Below are positions 52,270 to 61,875 of a stretch of DNA of 64,000 nucleotides, in pieces (position 1 is the stretch's first letter; each line of letters opens with the position of its first letter). The stretch is taken from positions 26,376 to 90,375 of the forward strand of contig URER01000003.1 of NCBI GenBank assembly GCA_900547005.1. Reading direction: 5' to 3'. Made by a program: the position numbers and the translations under genes. The stretch comes from an uncultured Prevotella sp. Its GTDB lineage: Bacteria > Bacteroidota > Bacteroidia > Bacteroidales > Bacteroidaceae. The notes beneath the pieces are model-generated. The model did no database searches. It worked only from the letters and a program-made list of their open reading frames with translations, and was not told where the DNA came from.

Positions 52270-52806
52270 ATGAGAATGCGTTATATACCGATATTGGCAC
52301 TTGGATGTTTTGCGATTCTCTTCGCATCATGCAAGAAAAAGGAAGTGTCGCAAGACATTATAATTAAGAAAGTGGTAAAGAAAGCTGCGCCGACAACGCG
52401 GAAGATGTCGGAGTCTTCATGGAAAAAGGTAATGGAGTGGGGCGGAAATTCCTATACAATCGACATACATCGTGTTGCCGATACCGACTTGCCAATAGTG
52501 CAGGATGAGCAGCAGAACAAGTATTACGACAACCGTATAACCCTTAAGATTACCCGTGCGGACGGCAGCATATTCTTAGACCATACATTCGTAAAGGCCG
52601 ATTTTGCCAATCTCGTGGACGACAAATATGGTAAAAACGGAGCATTATTAGGCTTGGCTTTCGACTGTATAGAAAATAATAGCCTGCGCTTCGGAGCAAG
52701 TGTAGGCTCTCCCGACGCTATGAGCGACGAGTTTATACCTATCACAGTTACGATAACGCGTTCAGGTGAGATAAAGTCCGAGCGCGACACACAGTTGGAT
52801 GCATAA
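52270..52806 (+). CDS. Lipoprotein (DUF4738-like)
   Basis: Lipobox FASC; YYDNRITLKI and SDEFIP. Confidence 0.7.
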   Translation: MRMRYIPILALGCFAILFASCKKKEVSQDIIIKKVVKKAAPTTRKMSESSWKKVMEWGGNSYTIDIHRVADTDLPIVQDEQQNKYYDNRITLKITRADGSIFLDHTFVKADFANLVDDKYGKNGALLGLAFDCIENNSLRFGASVGSPDAMSDEFIPITVTITRSGEIKSERDTQLDA

Positions 52807-52965
52807 GGCGGAACGCTTCCGGTAGATGCCGGTTGCATAGCTCTTTCATTTTAAAAAGGCCAAAAGCTACGATGCAAAGTCCCAAATAAAAGCGGACAGA
52901 CAAGTATTGCGTCATAGCTGTTGGCCTTTTCTTTATGTCTGTTAATCAAGAGTTTACCCGTATGT

Positions 52966-52983
52966 TGTGCAAACGTTTGCTCA
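52966..52983. promoter_or_regulatory. LacI-family-type operator GCAAACGTTTGC
   Basis: Perfect 12-bp palindrome with central CG at 52969-52980. Confidence 0.6.
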
Positions 52984-53047
52984 TGAAAAGTATAAGAAAA
53001 TGAACGTTTTTTGAACCAAGTATATACAAATAGCCGTATCTTTGCAA

Positions 53048-53260
53048 TGTCAAAAGAAAGAAACTCAAGTTCAATCTTGATAGGGCTTCTTGATAAGGTA
53101 AGATTGTAAAAAGGACAACAATAGAATTGGTAATAAGTTTCAGTAGTTAGAATTATTTAGGTAGTTATTATTTTGGTAAATCGTTAGTGTAACAAAGAAA
53201 ATTCATGTTTTTAGTAAGAGTCCCCGTTTGTAGTTGATTACAAGCGGGGATTCGTTGTTT
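53048..53260 (+). ncRNA. Candidate ~200-nt small RNA
   Basis: -7 box TATCTTTG at 53037-53044, no ORF in the track, terminator hairpin at 53218-53253. Confidence 0.5.
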
Positions 53261-53278
53261 ATATACGTCTGCCTCGTA

Positions 53279-53701
53279 TTATTTACGATTTAGAACCATA
53301 ATGGTCTTGCCTGCCGCATCGCAGAGGTTGAGTGTCTTTCCGTCCTTTATCTTATACGACTTTACATCTCCGAATGTTGCCGTCATCATGTCTTCTATAG
53401 TCATATCGGGACACATCATCCGCGTCATACCGAGAGCTGAGAAGTCGATAGTGCCTTTTGCGGCATCCGCATTCAGCGTTCCTGTGAGGCGATTGCAGGT
53501 CGTACTGCCGTAAACGCGTTTCTCAGAAACCTTAAACCCTACGAAAGGCTTATTCTCTCCCGGCTTGGCCTCAACAGCCTTGCCTTTGATTTCTGTTACA
53601 TTCCATTCTCCGTCAAGCGCAGAGAGTGTTGTTGCTTTCTTTGTTGTAGCGCATGAAGCAAACATTGCCACTGCGCAAATTGCGATTACAATCTTCTTCA
53701 T
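53279..53701 (-). CDS. META-domain (HslJ-like) lipoprotein
   Basis: Lipobox FASC; GSTTCN and MTRMMC. Confidence 0.88.
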   Translation of the reverse strand: MKKIVIAICAVAMFASCATTKKATTLSALDGEWNVTEIKGKAVEAKPGENKPFVGFKVSEKRVYGSTTCNRLTGTLNADAAKGTIDFSALGMTRMMCPDMTIEDMMTATFGDVKSYKIKDGKTLNLCDAAGKTIMVLNRK

Positions 53702-53800
53702 ATACATAATAATTTAATCTAACATAAATCTCTTTTCTTTAAGAAAGAGTGAGCAAAGATAGTCATTTTTTATCTATTCCTATATATTATTGGACAATTT

Positions 53801-54544
53801 CTATTTCACCTGCTTGCTGCGTTCCGGCATTGTAATGTCATTGCCGATGGTTTTCGGGCGCAGATAAAGGTCAAATTCCGTTGACTTCTCGCCAGAGAAC
53901 GACCTCCATCTAAGCTTAATCTTAACATCTTCATCCGATGGCCTCGGCAACTCGTTGAGGTTGAATGCTATGAGCGCATCGCCGGTATAGCCTCCCAAAT
54001 CACCTCTTGCATCATGACGAAGCTCAAACTCGTAGGGATTATCGGGATTTACCCCGCTGACCAGATTGATATAGTGTGGGGTGTTGCCAGGTCCCCAAAG
54101 CGTGCGGATACGCAGGGTGAGATAGCCGTCCTCTGCCACTGTTACCCAGTCTCTCACGATTTCTATCGGGTCGTTGCCGTATTCCTCGGCGTTCTCTTCG
54201 CCAAGCGTTGGTACAGGCTTCTTCGTTCTTATGCTGTCAATCCAATTGATATGGACTGTGGGAAGGCTGTTTGTATTAGTACTGGGGTCATACGGATCTT
54301 CTGTGTAATTCACCAATGCGCGCACTTCCTTGTCCTTAAACGGTGATGTCTTTATATTCGACGCATACAGTTTTCTTGTGTTATCCAACTGCATATAGAA
54401 TGTACCATCAGGCTGGGGGCATACCGTTACCAGTGCAGTTGGCAGAATATACTCCCAATCATCGTCATCGTCATCACATGATTGCAGTGTTCCTGTCAGT
54501 GTGAGCAGGGCGAGAACAAATGCTGTCAGCTTTAATCTTTTCAT
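53801..54544 (-). CDS. NigD-like lipoprotein
   Basis: Lipobox LQSC followed by an acidic stretch (DDDDDD); FELRHDA. Confidence 0.75.
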   Translation of the reverse strand: MKRLKLTAFVLALLTLTGTLQSCDDDDDDWEYILPTALVTVCPQPDGTFYMQLDNTRKLYASNIKTSPFKDKEVRALVNYTEDPYDPSTNTNSLPTVHINWIDSIRTKKPVPTLGEENAEEYGNDPIEIVRDWVTVAEDGYLTLRIRTLWGPGNTPHYINLVSGVNPDNPYEFELRHDARGDLGGYTGDALIAFNLNELPRPSDEDVKIKLRWRSFSGEKSTEFDLYLRPKTIGNDITMPERSKQVK

Positions 54545-54764
54545 AACTTTCCTTTCCTTTTAATTATTAATACATTATTCTTTATCTGTAAAATCCAACA
54601 ACTGCGGAAACATTGCATTATGAAGTCTTTATTTTTGAAAAAAGAACTTAAAAGCAATAATTACCTTTCCCAGAGAAATGTTAGCTATAATTTTAAGACA
54701 ATTGATAATCCCCTTGAGTTACAAATATACTGCCGCGAGAAGACGAAAGGGACGCAATAAAAAT

Positions 54765-54872
54765 AGTACAAAGGCTTTGTACTGATAATACAAGGCCTTT
54801 GTACTGTTGCTACAAGGCTCTTGTACAAAAAGTACAAGGCCCATGTACTAACGGTACATGAGCCTTGTAGTA
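54765..54872. repeat. Five palindromic TACA-N7-TGTA units at an exact 22-bp period
   Basis: TACA at 54767, 54789, 54811, 54833 and 54855. Confidence 0.92.
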
Positions 54873-54881
54873 ATCTGTATT

Positions 54882-54965
54882 GATTTATTTCATCGTCATA
54901 TAGGACTTATTTCGTAGTTATATATGACTTATCCCGTTGTGATATTATGCCTATTTCGTAGTCAG
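54882..54965. repeat. Second 22-bp-period array (gacttatttcgtagt-like), four units
   Basis: Units at 54882, 54904, 54926 and 54948; the last overlaps the GH2 stop codon. Confidence 0.7.
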
Positions 54966-57434
54966 TTCGACGGTCGCGTCCTGCAAGTCCACGCCCTTTG
55001 CTGTGAGCGTTGCTGTGCCGGCGGTCTTGCCGGAACGCAGGATTACGAGACACTTTCCGAAGAAAGCCTTGCGGTTGTTGGCCTGGAAACGCTCAAGAGA
55101 GAACTGGCTTCCGTTGTCAACACCGGCGAGAGAGGCAGCACCCTTCACGTCGAAGAATATCTGATTCTCTGCATTCGGACAGAGATTTCCGTCCTTGTCG
55201 ACCACCTCAACGGTAACGAACGAGAGGCTCTTTCCGCCGACTTTCAACTCGGTCTTGTCGGGAGTGAGACGGATATGATGCGGAGCACCGGCCGTCTTGA
55301 TGGTCTTTTCGCGAACGGTAACGTCACCGCGACGAGCCACAACCTTTACTTCGCCCGGCTCAAACACTACGCGCCACATCACATGATACTGATGGTCATC
55401 GGCCTTGCGGCGCACGCCCTGACTCTTGCCGTTGATGAACAGCTCCACCTCATCGGCGTTGTTGTAGTAGCACCACATATCAATTTCCTGTCCGGGAATC
55501 CAGTTCCAGTGCGGGAAAAGGTGCAGCACGTCCTTGTCTGTCCACTCGCTCTGATACATATAATATACGTCCTTCGGGAATCCGGCAAGGTCTATGATGC
55601 CGAAATAGCTGCTGTGAGCCGGGAATCCGTAAGGAGTAGGCTCACCGATGTAGTCCCAGCCGGTCCAGATGAACTGTCCCGAGCAGAACGGAGAGTGCTT
55701 TACGATTTCCCAAGTCTGCTCGTGCGTGCTGCTCCACGGTGCGTGTCCCTGATCGTAACTGCTGCACATGAACGTCGGGTTGGTGTAGGGCTTGTCCCAA
55801 CGCTCGGGCATGATACGCTCTTCATCGCTCGGCATCTCGTAATATCCGCGCGTCTGAAGTGCAGAAACGCTCTCCGTCATGAGGAACGGCTTGCCGGGGA
55901 AGTTCTTCGGCACGTCCTTTATCCACTGACGGTGGTAGTTGAAGCCTATCAAATCTATCGCTCCACTCTTGAAAAGGTGGTTGTTCGGGTCGGGTTCGTT
56001 GCATCCTGCCGTTACGGGACGGGTGTTGTCGTTGCGTTTCACGATGTCCACAAGGTGCTTGGTAAGCAAAGAATTGACACTCATCTCTCCATCTTTAGCC
56101 AGCGTCGAGGCATCGTGTCCGGCATTAAGGATAAGGTTGGCCTGCTCAAGCGTCAGAGTGTCGGCCTCGGCAGAAGACCACTGTTCTAATACCTCGTTGC
56201 CGATGCTCCACATGAGGATGCTCGGGTGGTTGCGGTCGCGCACCACAAGGTCGGTCAGGTCGCGCTCGTGCCACTCGTCAAAGAAGCGCGCGTAGTCGTT
56301 CTGAGTCTTCTTTCTGCGCCACATATCGAACGATTCGTCCATTACGATGAGGCCCATCGTGTCGCACATATTAAGCAGTTCGGGCGCAGGTGGGTTGTGT
56401 GAGCTTCGTATTGCGTTCACACCCATGTCCTTGAGCTTCGTGAGTTTTCGGTACATTGCGTCCTCGTTGAATGCCGCGCCGAGGCATCCCAAGTCGTGAT
56501 GCTCGCACACTCCGTTTATCTTCATATTCTTTCCGTTGAGGAAAAAGCCTTTCTGTGCATCGAAGTTGAAGTAGCGGAATCCCGTGGTGGTATAGTAAGT
56601 GTCCACTACTTTGCTGCCGATGAGCACCTCGGTCTTCACATTATATATATAAGGATCATCGAGTTGCCACAGTTTGCGGTTAGGAATGTTGAGCAGGTGC
56701 TCTACTATCGCGCCGTCGTTTGCAACGGCCTGAGTCATAGTCATGGCCACGTGTTTGCCCTCGCGGTCGATAACCGAGTTGCGAATCTTCACGTTCTGTG
56801 CCTTACCTGTGGGGTTGCTGATGGTTACGGCCACCTTCATCTCTCCCGCTTTCTTGTCGGATGAGGCTGTCGAAATGACGTGAGTGCCCCAGTGGGCCAC
56901 GTGTATGTTGCTTGTTTTCGTAAGCCATACGTGTCGGTAGATGCCGCAACCGCTATACCAGCGAGAGTTGGGCTGGTCGCTGTTGTCCACCTTCACGGCT
57001 ATCACATTATCGCCGCCACGTTTGATATAAGGTGTGATGTCATATTCAAAAGAGCTGTATCCGTATGGTCTGTGCCCCACTTCACGGCCGTTGACATATA
57101 CGGTAGAGTTCATATACACGCCGTCAAATTCTATATAGAAGCGTTCCGCCTTATCCCTCGCACCCACATTGAAGTGCTTGCGATACCATCCTATGCCTCC
57201 CGGCAAGGCTCCACCGCCTGCTCCCGACTTGTTGTCGGCAGAGAAATCGCCTTCTACCGCCCAATCATGTGGCAGGTCGAGTTTCCGCCAATCGGAGTCG
57301 TCATAACCGACCGATGCCATCTTCGCGTCATCGCCAAGAATAAACGACCAGTCATTGTCAAAGTTCTGCCTGTCGCGCGCCGTTACGGTCATCGCGAAAA
57401 GCAATGTTTGTAATAGTAAAAATAATTTCTTCAT
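54951..57434 (-). CDS. GH2 glycoside hydrolase (beta-galactosidase-like), exported
   Basis: LPHDW, FDGVY, RSSHNP, WSIGNE acid/base and WTGWDYIGEP. Confidence 0.92.
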   Translation of the reverse strand: MKKLFLLLQTLLFAMTVTARDRQNFDNDWSFILGDDAKMASVGYDDSDWRKLDLPHDWAVEGDFSADNKSGAGGGALPGGIGWYRKHFNVGARDKAERFYIEFDGVYMNSTVYVNGREVGHRPYGYSSFEYDITPYIKRGGDNVIAVKVDNSDQPNSRWYSGCGIYRHVWLTKTSNIHVAHWGTHVISTASSDKKAGEMKVAVTISNPTGKAQNVKIRNSVIDREGKHVAMTMTQAVANDGAIVEHLLNIPNRKLWQLDDPYIYNVKTEVLIGSKVVDTYYTTTGFRYFNFDAQKGFFLNGKNMKINGVCEHHDLGCLGAAFNEDAMYRKLTKLKDMGVNAIRSSHNPPAPELLNMCDTMGLIVMDESFDMWRRKKTQNDYARFFDEWHERDLTDLVVRDRNHPSILMWSIGNEVLEQWSSAEADTLTLEQANLILNAGHDASTLAKDGEMSVNSLLTKHLVDIVKRNDNTRPVTAGCNEPDPNNHLFKSGAIDLIGFNYHRQWIKDVPKNFPGKPFLMTESVSALQTRGYYEMPSDEERIMPERWDKPYTNPTFMCSSYDQGHAPWSSTHEQTWEIVKHSPFCSGQFIWTGWDYIGEPTPYGFPAHSSYFGIIDLAGFPKDVYYMYQSEWTDKDVLHLFPHWNWIPGQEIDMWCYYNNADEVELFINGKSQGVRRKADDHQYHVMWRVVFEPGEVKVVARRGDVTVREKTIKTAGAPHHIRLTPDKTELKVGGKSLSFVTVEVVDKDGNLCPNAENQIFFDVKGAASLAGVDNGSQFSLERFQANNRKAFFGKCLVILRSGKTAGTATLTAKGVDLQDATVELTTK

Positions 57435-57520
57435 AAGTTGTTTTATTATCTGATAGGTTTTTTTCTTATATGCTTCCGTTTTCTGCAATCAGGTATTTGC
57501 CGACGAGCCGTACCAGTCTG

Positions 57521-58537
57521 TCATTTATTCTTGATACTGCTCTCTCTAATTATGAGTTGCATCGGAACGACTTCCCTGTATATCTTCCTGTCGCCGCTTA
57601 TGGATTTCATCAGCAACTCACACGCTTTCATCCCCTGCGTATGTGCCTGGTCGGCTATTACCGACAGCTTCGGAGTGACGAATGAGGCCGTGTCGCTATC
57701 TGTAAATCCTATGATTGAAACGTCATCGGGTATGCACAGCCCCATCGACTTTATAGCATCGAACACGGCATACGTAATCACATCGTTGAAGGTAAGGAAC
57801 GCGTCTGGGGGGGCGGGGCTTTTCAGAAAGTCGATAGCCGCCTGATAGGCTATGTCAAAATCAATTTTCCCGCACGCCACGAGCGACCTGTCAATCGGCA
57901 ATCCGGCTCCTCTCAGCGCTTCCAGATATCCGTGCTTGCGTCTTTTCACCATGTCAAGATGGTTAGGTCCGCCGATGAACGCGATACGCCGGCTTCCGTT
58001 TGCTATAAGATGCTCCGTGGCTTTCTGTGCCGCGACATCCCCATCGGCCACCACCTGCGAGCAGACATCGCCCAGACAAGTGCGTGCGAAGAATACAAGG
58101 GGAGTGCCCATCTCATGCACTTTCTTAAAATGTGAGTAGTCCATCGTGTCTTGTGAGAGGCAGGCGATGATGCCGTCGACGTGCATATTGATGAATGAGT
58201 CGACAATTCTCTTCTCGTCTTCGTAGTTCTCGTGTGAGTTGCTGCTGAATACCGAGTAGCCCTCGCGGTGCGCATAATCCTCGATGCCATCGAGAACGGC
58301 GGCGTAATAATGGGTAACGAGGTTTGGAACCAAAACGCCGATAATCTTCGGAGATTCTTTTCTCAAACTTTGTGCGAAAGGATTAGGCCTGTAATTCAGC
58401 TCACGAGCGAGTGCCTGCACTCTCTCCCTCATTTCGTCACCTACCTCGTGGCTGTTTCGTAAAGCCCTCGATACGGTTGCGATACTGACATTCAGTCGTG
58501 TGGCCAAGTCCTTTAATGATGTTCGGCGTTGTTTCAT
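57521..58537 (-). CDS. LacI-family transcriptional regulator
   Basis: TSLKDLATRLNVSIATVSRAL HTH and YRPNPFAQSL hinge. Confidence 0.95.
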   Translation of the reverse strand: MKQRRTSLKDLATRLNVSIATVSRALRNSHEVGDEMRERVQALARELNYRPNPFAQSLRKESPKIIGVLVPNLVTHYYAAVLDGIEDYAHREGYSVFSSNSHENYEDEKRIVDSFINMHVDGIIACLSQDTMDYSHFKKVHEMGTPLVFFARTCLGDVCSQVVADGDVAAQKATEHLIANGSRRIAFIGGPNHLDMVKRRKHGYLEALRGAGLPIDRSLVACGKIDFDIAYQAAIDFLKSPAPPDAFLTFNDVITYAVFDAIKSMGLCIPDDVSIIGFTDSDTASFVTPKLSVIADQAHTQGMKACELLMKSISGDRKIYREVVPMQLIIRESSIKNK

Positions 58538-58637
58538 ATTTTGGATGACAACAAGTAAATTGATATAACTATTATAGGTAAAAAACTGCTATTAAACAAT
58601 CAATACAATGGCAAAAATAGTAAAAATAATATAAATG

Positions 58638-58651
58638 CGCAAACGTTTACG
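58638..58651. promoter_or_regulatory. LacI-type operator CGCAAACGTTTACG between divergent promoters
   Basis: Near-perfect palindrome; lacI -7 box (minus) at 58612-58619 and plus-strand -7 box at 58696-58703. Confidence 0.7.
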
Positions 58652-58706
58652 TCAATTTTTAGCCATAAAAGTGTACAACGCTTCATTATTATTTATATCT
58701 TTGCAG

Positions 58707-58804
58707 CAGAAAAAGGATTGAAATGAGTAATGAATAGTTGATAATAAGTTAGTTAGAAAATTGAAAAGCGGAATTGTTGTGAAACAGTTCCGCTTTTATT
58801 TTTT
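58707..58804 (+). ncRNA. Candidate ~95-nt small RNA divergent from lacI
   Basis: TATCTTTG -7 box, AU-rich body, terminator aaaagcggaattgt-tgtgaa-acagttccgctttt plus T run. Confidence 0.5.
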
Positions 58805-58817
58805 GTTATCTCCATTC

Positions 58818-59300
58818 TCAAAATAGCAGTTCGTCTCCTTCCAATTCGCATTCCGTGAATCCCATTTCGCGGGCTTTTTCCTGCGAGACTGTGAAGTAAA
58901 CGGCTTTTCCGATGGTTGCCAACTCGTTTTTGGAGTTGTATAGAGAGACCTCTATAGTGGCGATATTGCGACGCAGTTCCACAAGATGCGCCCTTAGAGT
59001 AATCTGGTTTTCGGTGGTCATTACCGGTTTCTTGAACTTCACTTCAAGGTTGCTTGTAACGCCTGTCGTACTCATTTTGCGGAACACTACCCACGAAGCG
59101 ATTTCGTCGATAAGCGTACTCTGGATGCCGCCGTGCAGGGTATCCACCCAGCCCTGAAAGTGTTGCTGTGGATTCCAAAAGCAAACGATGTCGTCGCCGT
59201 CCTCATAGAAGTCCATGTGAAGGCCTATCGGGTTTTCATGGCAACAGCCGTAGCAGTCGTAACCTTCTTTGTCTGTCCACGGATTCTTTATCTTTCTCAT
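58818..59300 (-). CDS. PaaI-family thioesterase
   Basis: CYGC...NPIGL and HGGIQSTLIDE. Confidence 0.88.
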   Translation of the reverse strand: MRKIKNPWTDKEGYDCYGCCHENPIGLHMDFYEDGDDIVCFWNPQQHFQGWVDTLHGGIQSTLIDEIASWVVFRKMSTTGVTSNLEVKFKKPVMTTENQITLRAHLVELRRNIATIEVSLYNSKNELATIGKAVYFTVSQEKAREMGFTECELEGDELLF

Positions 59301-59316
59301 ATCTATATTGTTTATA

Positions 59317-61875
59317 TTAGAAGACAATATTAAAGCCCAAGCGCACTCCGTTCACGTCAACGCCCGGATAAGCCGTATATGTCAGTCGGCGCACATAGTC
59401 TATTTCCAGACACTTGAATATGTTATGCACGCCCACGACAAGCTCCATATATGGCTCGTGATTCATCACATGGGTGTTTGACGGGAATCTATATAAGTCA
59501 GGGTCATCGGCGTTCTTGGCAAGCAGCGGATTGTTCTTGTCGGTCAGATGCCCCCAGATGCCTTTGAACGCTATGTACTCGCGCCACTTCAACTTCTTTA
59601 GCAGCGGTATGCGGTTGAAGATTTTACCCTTCATATCCCATGCAAGGTTGAACATAGCGTATCGGTCGTTGAGGAATTCCATGTCTTCCATCATGTTGAA
59701 CGTACCCTGATGCTCGAAATATGAGGTGTTCACCGGCGGCATGATAAGCATAGGGTAGGGCACTTTGCTCCATTGCGCGCCGGCCATTATGCGTGTGTCG
59801 ATGTTTCCCCAACTGCCAAGCCAGAAGCGTTTGTATATGGATGCCTCGGTGAGGTTGTAGCTGTATTCGCCTCCGAGGAAATGTTTCAGTCCGAAAGTGT
59901 GGCTCAAAACGAATCGCGGAGCGTTCTGATTCACTTCTATGCGGTTCTGTTTTGAGTTTACGTAAGACTGTCCCGGTCGGTAATCGAGTCCGATTTTCAG
60001 CTCCGTCATGCGTATTTTGTTCACCAACGAGCCATCGCACAGCTTGTGATATTCGAGTACTCCGCCCGTAGGTTCGTTGCTTTCGGTTTCCAGATTGATG
60101 CCCATAGCCAGCCCGGCTTCTGTTTCCCACTTGAAATTCAGTGTCTGACGGTTGTAAAAGAACATCTTTTCTGTCTTCTTCGGGCGCAAAACCATGAATA
60201 TATTGTCCTTGTTGTGCTGTAAGAACCTGTCAGAATAGGCCATCACATCAAAGGTGCTTTCGAACGAAATGGTGCGTATCGGAAACTCCAACGGCAGGTA
60301 TTCCGGCTTGTTGAACGAGTAGGTAACTTTCGCGCCGTAGTAGTTCTTGCGCGATTTGAAACCGTATGCATAATAGCCTTCACCGAACCAGTGAGGATTC
60401 AACTTTGCGGTTGTGCGTCCGCTTGCCCTCAAACGCAGTCCGTCTACGAAGTTCTGCGAAATGAAAGTGTTCACCGGACCGATGTCAAACTTATTCGGTT
60501 TGCCGTGCGGAGCCGTCTCAAGGAAGTTCTCGGCAAGCACTTTGATACCTAACATAACCCATTTGAAATGCTTGGTATTCGACATCTGCGTGATGAAATT
60601 GTCCATGTTGGCCTCGCTCTTGGTCAGTTCCACGCCTCGGTGGTCAGCCCAGAAAGTGTCATCCTTCATCTTCGAATCGGCATTATATTTCACTTTTGCC
60701 TTTCCCTTGAACTTATCCGGCGGAATCTCGTCAAACCGATAGTTGCTCATCTGCGTCGTCCTAATGACTATCGCCCGAGAAAACAGGTCGGTTATGGCCA
60801 GTTCCACAATCATATTGTCCTTTGTCTGCGCCCAATCGCCGTTGCTGAGTTTGCTGAACTCCTGTTCAATCTTCATCGCGTCGACAAAGTTCACGCCCGT
60901 ATTCGCAGGCAGTTGCATATCACATTTCTTTACGTGCAACGTGCTGTCGTTGAGTATATAAAGCTCGCCGCGGAATCCGAAATCCTGTTGGTTGGCCGGC
61001 ATGAATTGCAGACGTATACATTGGTCCTGGTTCACGTAGAGTGTGTCGTCGATATAAAAGTGGTAGAATGAAATAGCGGTAGAGCCAATCGGACTTGGGA
61101 AATGCTGTTGCAAAAGGTCTATTTGGTCATCGTAAAGGTCAATGTCCTTAAATAAATCTTTTACTACCGTATTCAATACCTCGCCTGTCTGCACAAGTTT
61201 GCTCACGCCTTTTGTGCTTTGTCCCAATATAATATCCTTGACATCGTGCGGCTCTTTGCGGTAAAGATGCTGCGTAAGTGTTTCGTCTACGGAGATAGGC
61301 AGTATAAGTTTGTTGTTGTACGGGCATATCTCCACCTGATTGCGTAGCCACGGCGACTTCTGAAAGAGCTTGCCTTCGAGTTCCTCCTGCGTCAGGTTGT
61401 TGGCTCCGATTGTTATCTTCTGGTACTTGTCAAACTGATAATACTCGTGATTTTCTAAGTGCGTGCGCTTCTTTGCGGCTATCACGCGCTTCATAAGTTC
61501 CACCGCCGGATTGTTCTTTCTCGTGTATTTGTGTCTTCGTTTCGCCTTTACCACGACCTCCTGCATACGTTTCGAGTCGGCAATAAGCGACACCCGAAGC
61601 ACTTCCGGCGTCTTTTCGTTAATCTTGACCGTGCGCGGCTTGTATCCCACCGCACTCACAGTGAGGCTCATGCCCTCATGTCTTGCTATCCTGAAAGAAC
61701 CGGCTTCGCTTCCCACCGCACTCTCTTTGGTGCTCTTATATACTGCACTTGTATATGGTATGGTGTCGCCTGTCTGCTGGTCCACTACAAAACAGATGAT
61801 GTCCTGAGCCACAACATTCGCTGTTGCAGCCCAGGACATCAACATAATAATTATAATCTTAATCAATTTCCTCAT
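59317..61875 (-). CDS. DUF5686-like outer-membrane protein with carboxypeptidase-regulatory-like N-terminal domain
   Basis: Signal peptide, SAVGYK, NNPAVELM and terminal Phe. Confidence 0.8.
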   Translation of the reverse strand: MRKLIKIIIIMLMSWAATANVVAQDIICFVVDQQTGDTIPYTSAVYKSTKESAVGSEAGSFRIARHEGMSLTVSAVGYKPRTVKINEKTPEVLRVSLIADSKRMQEVVVKAKRRHKYTRKNNPAVELMKRVIAAKKRTHLENHEYYQFDKYQKITIGANNLTQEELEGKLFQKSPWLRNQVEICPYNNKLILPISVDETLTQHLYRKEPHDVKDIILGQSTKGVSKLVQTGEVLNTVVKDLFKDIDLYDDQIDLLQQHFPSPIGSTAISFYHFYIDDTLYVNQDQCIRLQFMPANQQDFGFRGELYILNDSTLHVKKCDMQLPANTGVNFVDAMKIEQEFSKLSNGDWAQTKDNMIVELAITDLFSRAIVIRTTQMSNYRFDEIPPDKFKGKAKVKYNADSKMKDDTFWADHRGVELTKSEANMDNFITQMSNTKHFKWVMLGIKVLAENFLETAPHGKPNKFDIGPVNTFISQNFVDGLRLRASGRTTAKLNPHWFGEGYYAYGFKSRKNYYGAKVTYSFNKPEYLPLEFPIRTISFESTFDVMAYSDRFLQHNKDNIFMVLRPKKTEKMFFYNRQTLNFKWETEAGLAMGINLETESNEPTGGVLEYHKLCDGSLVNKIRMTELKIGLDYRPGQSYVNSKQNRIEVNQNAPRFVLSHTFGLKHFLGGEYSYNLTEASIYKRFWLGSWGNIDTRIMAGAQWSKVPYPMLIMPPVNTSYFEHQGTFNMMEDMEFLNDRYAMFNLAWDMKGKIFNRIPLLKKLKWREYIAFKGIWGHLTDKNNPLLAKNADDPDLYRFPSNTHVMNHEPYMELVVGVHNIFKCLEIDYVRRLTYTAYPGVDVNGVRLGFNIVF

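Noticed and set aside
52854..52930. Long hairpin after the DUF4738-like gene (similar one at 6898-6957)
   Set aside because: Adequately explained as a terminator-like stem; no riboswitch consensus recognised.
54765..54872. Possible mini-CRISPR
   Set aside because: Spacers are only 7 bp, far too short.
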